NCBI GenBank assembly: GCA_964372915.1
Contig: CAYJRN010000003.1
Location: 103,660-154,789 of the forward strand
DNA: 51,130 nucleotides
Source: an uncultured Planctomycetales bacterium
Lineage (GTDB): Bacteria; Omnitrophota; Gorgyraeia; Zapsychrales; JAHFFX01
Direction of reading: 5' to 3'
Below are positions 50,135 through 51,130 of the stretch, one piece after another. How positions within the stretch are numbered: position 1 is the first letter of the stretch; the number at the start of each line of letters is the position of its first letter. The position numbers were made by a program, and so were the translations under genes. The notes below the pieces were generated by a model. It was not told the origin of the DNA. It did no database searches and worked only from the letters and a program-made list of their open reading frames with translations.

Positions 50135-51130
50135 AAATCGTTTTGGCCACCGGCGGAAGTGGCGGACATATTTTTCCAGCCCTTTACACGGCCTATCAGC
50201 TTCAAAAGTTTGGGCATGAAGTGATTTTTATCGGAGTCTTGGGGGCCTTTGCCGAAAGGATCAAAAAAGGCGGGTTTGAGATTTTTCCGCTCGAGGCGAA
50301 GGGGTTGAGCTTTACGTCGTTTAAGGGGTTTAGCATTTTCGTCCTCGGGATGTTAAAGGCGCTCGGACGTTCTTTTAAAATTTTAAAAGAGGTCAAACCC
50401 GATGTCGTCTGCGGCTTCGGCGGCTACGGGGCCTTTGCGGTTGTCCTGGAGGCTTTTTTTTTAAGGATCCCAACCATCATCCATGAACAGAACGTCGCGC
50501 CGGGGCGGGCCAACAAACTTTTGTCCATCCTCGTCCAAAGAGTCGCCGTCACTTTTAAAGAAAGTAAAAAATACTTTGGCGACGATAAAACCGTTGTCAC
50601 CGGATGCCCTTGCCGCTCCAGTGCCGCCGTCGGTGAACCGACGTCTTTACGAAAAGCATTCGGCCTGAAAGAGGACACCTTCACGATTTTGGTTTTGGGC
50701 GGCAGCCAGGGGAGCCGGCGCATCAACGAGGAATTCTTGAAAACGGTCGGACTTCTTCAAGGCGAAGGGAATTTTCAATTCATTCATTTGAGCGGCAAGA
50801 AGGATTATCCTAAACTCAAGGAAAAATATTCAAGCCTGAAGGCCCAAGGATGTGTTTTTGATTTTTGGGAAGAGATGGAAAAGGCTTATGGGGCGGCGGA
50901 TTTGGTCGTCTCCCGCGCCGGCGCGGTCACCATCTGTGAAATCGCCCAGTTTCACCTGCCGGCTATTCTTATCCCTTACCCTCACGCCGGAGGTCATCAG
51001 AAAGAAAACGCGAAGATTTTGACGGAGCTGGGCGTTGCCCGCGTCATCGATGACAACGCCTTGACGGCCGCGGCCCTTCAAGAGGCCATCCGGGATTTGA
51101 TGCAAGAGAAACTTTCCGGGGAACAAAGAA
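50131..51130 (+). CDS. murG: Lipid II GlcNAc transferase, runs off the window end (absent from the ORF track)
   Basis: MKIVLATGGSGGHIFPA, GFGGY, HEQN..PG.AN, GGSQG, SRAGA. Confidence 0.96.
   Translation, partial: MKIVLATGGSGGHIFPALYTAYQLQKFGHEVIFIGVLGAFAERIKKGGFEIFPLEAKGLSFTSFKGFSIFVLGMLKALGRSFKILKEVKPDVVCGFGGYGAFAVVLEAFFLRIPTIIHEQNVAPGRANKLLSILVQRVAVTFKESKKYFGDDKTVVTGCPCRSSAAVGEPTSLRKAFGLKEDTFTILVLGGSQGSRRINEEFLKTVGLLQGEGNFQFIHLSGKKDYPKLKEKYSSLKAQGCVFDFWEEMEKAYGAADLVVSRAGAVTICEIAQFHLPAILIPYPHAGGHQKENAKILTELGVARVIDDNALTAAALQEAIRDLMQEKLSGEQR

Overview
Mostly core chromosome of a Gram-negative-type bacterium. Gene content and order suggest Candidatus Omnitrophota (inference only). Contents in order: a TPR/TMTC-like gene, tRNA-Arg(CCT), a beta-barrel porin, a ParA-glycogen-binding fusion locus, rpsO-pnp-ftsK-rodZ-rimO-pgsA-pgpA, a small AT-rich island, thpR/cinA, an FMN-riboswitch-controlled riboflavin operon, a CLF-like ketosynthase-fabG-fabZ unit, tRNA-Pro(CGG), ligA, xerD, a tRNA nucleotidyltransferase, rbfA-nrnA-truB-ribF and the dcw cluster (mraZ to murG). 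The most striking unexplained signal is a set of short palindromic DNA elements of several families. They are stacked and nested in intergenic gaps, inside the FMN riboswitch, inside a relic 5' half of tRNA-Arg, and in frame inside RibH, a PHP protein and RibF (twice). Both tRNA genes are coupled to an 87-aa stand-alone GIY-YIG nuclease preceded by hairpin clusters. These nucleases are the best candidate mobilisers visible here, which is a hypothesis rather than a demonstration. All calls were made by eye from motifs; no database searches were run.
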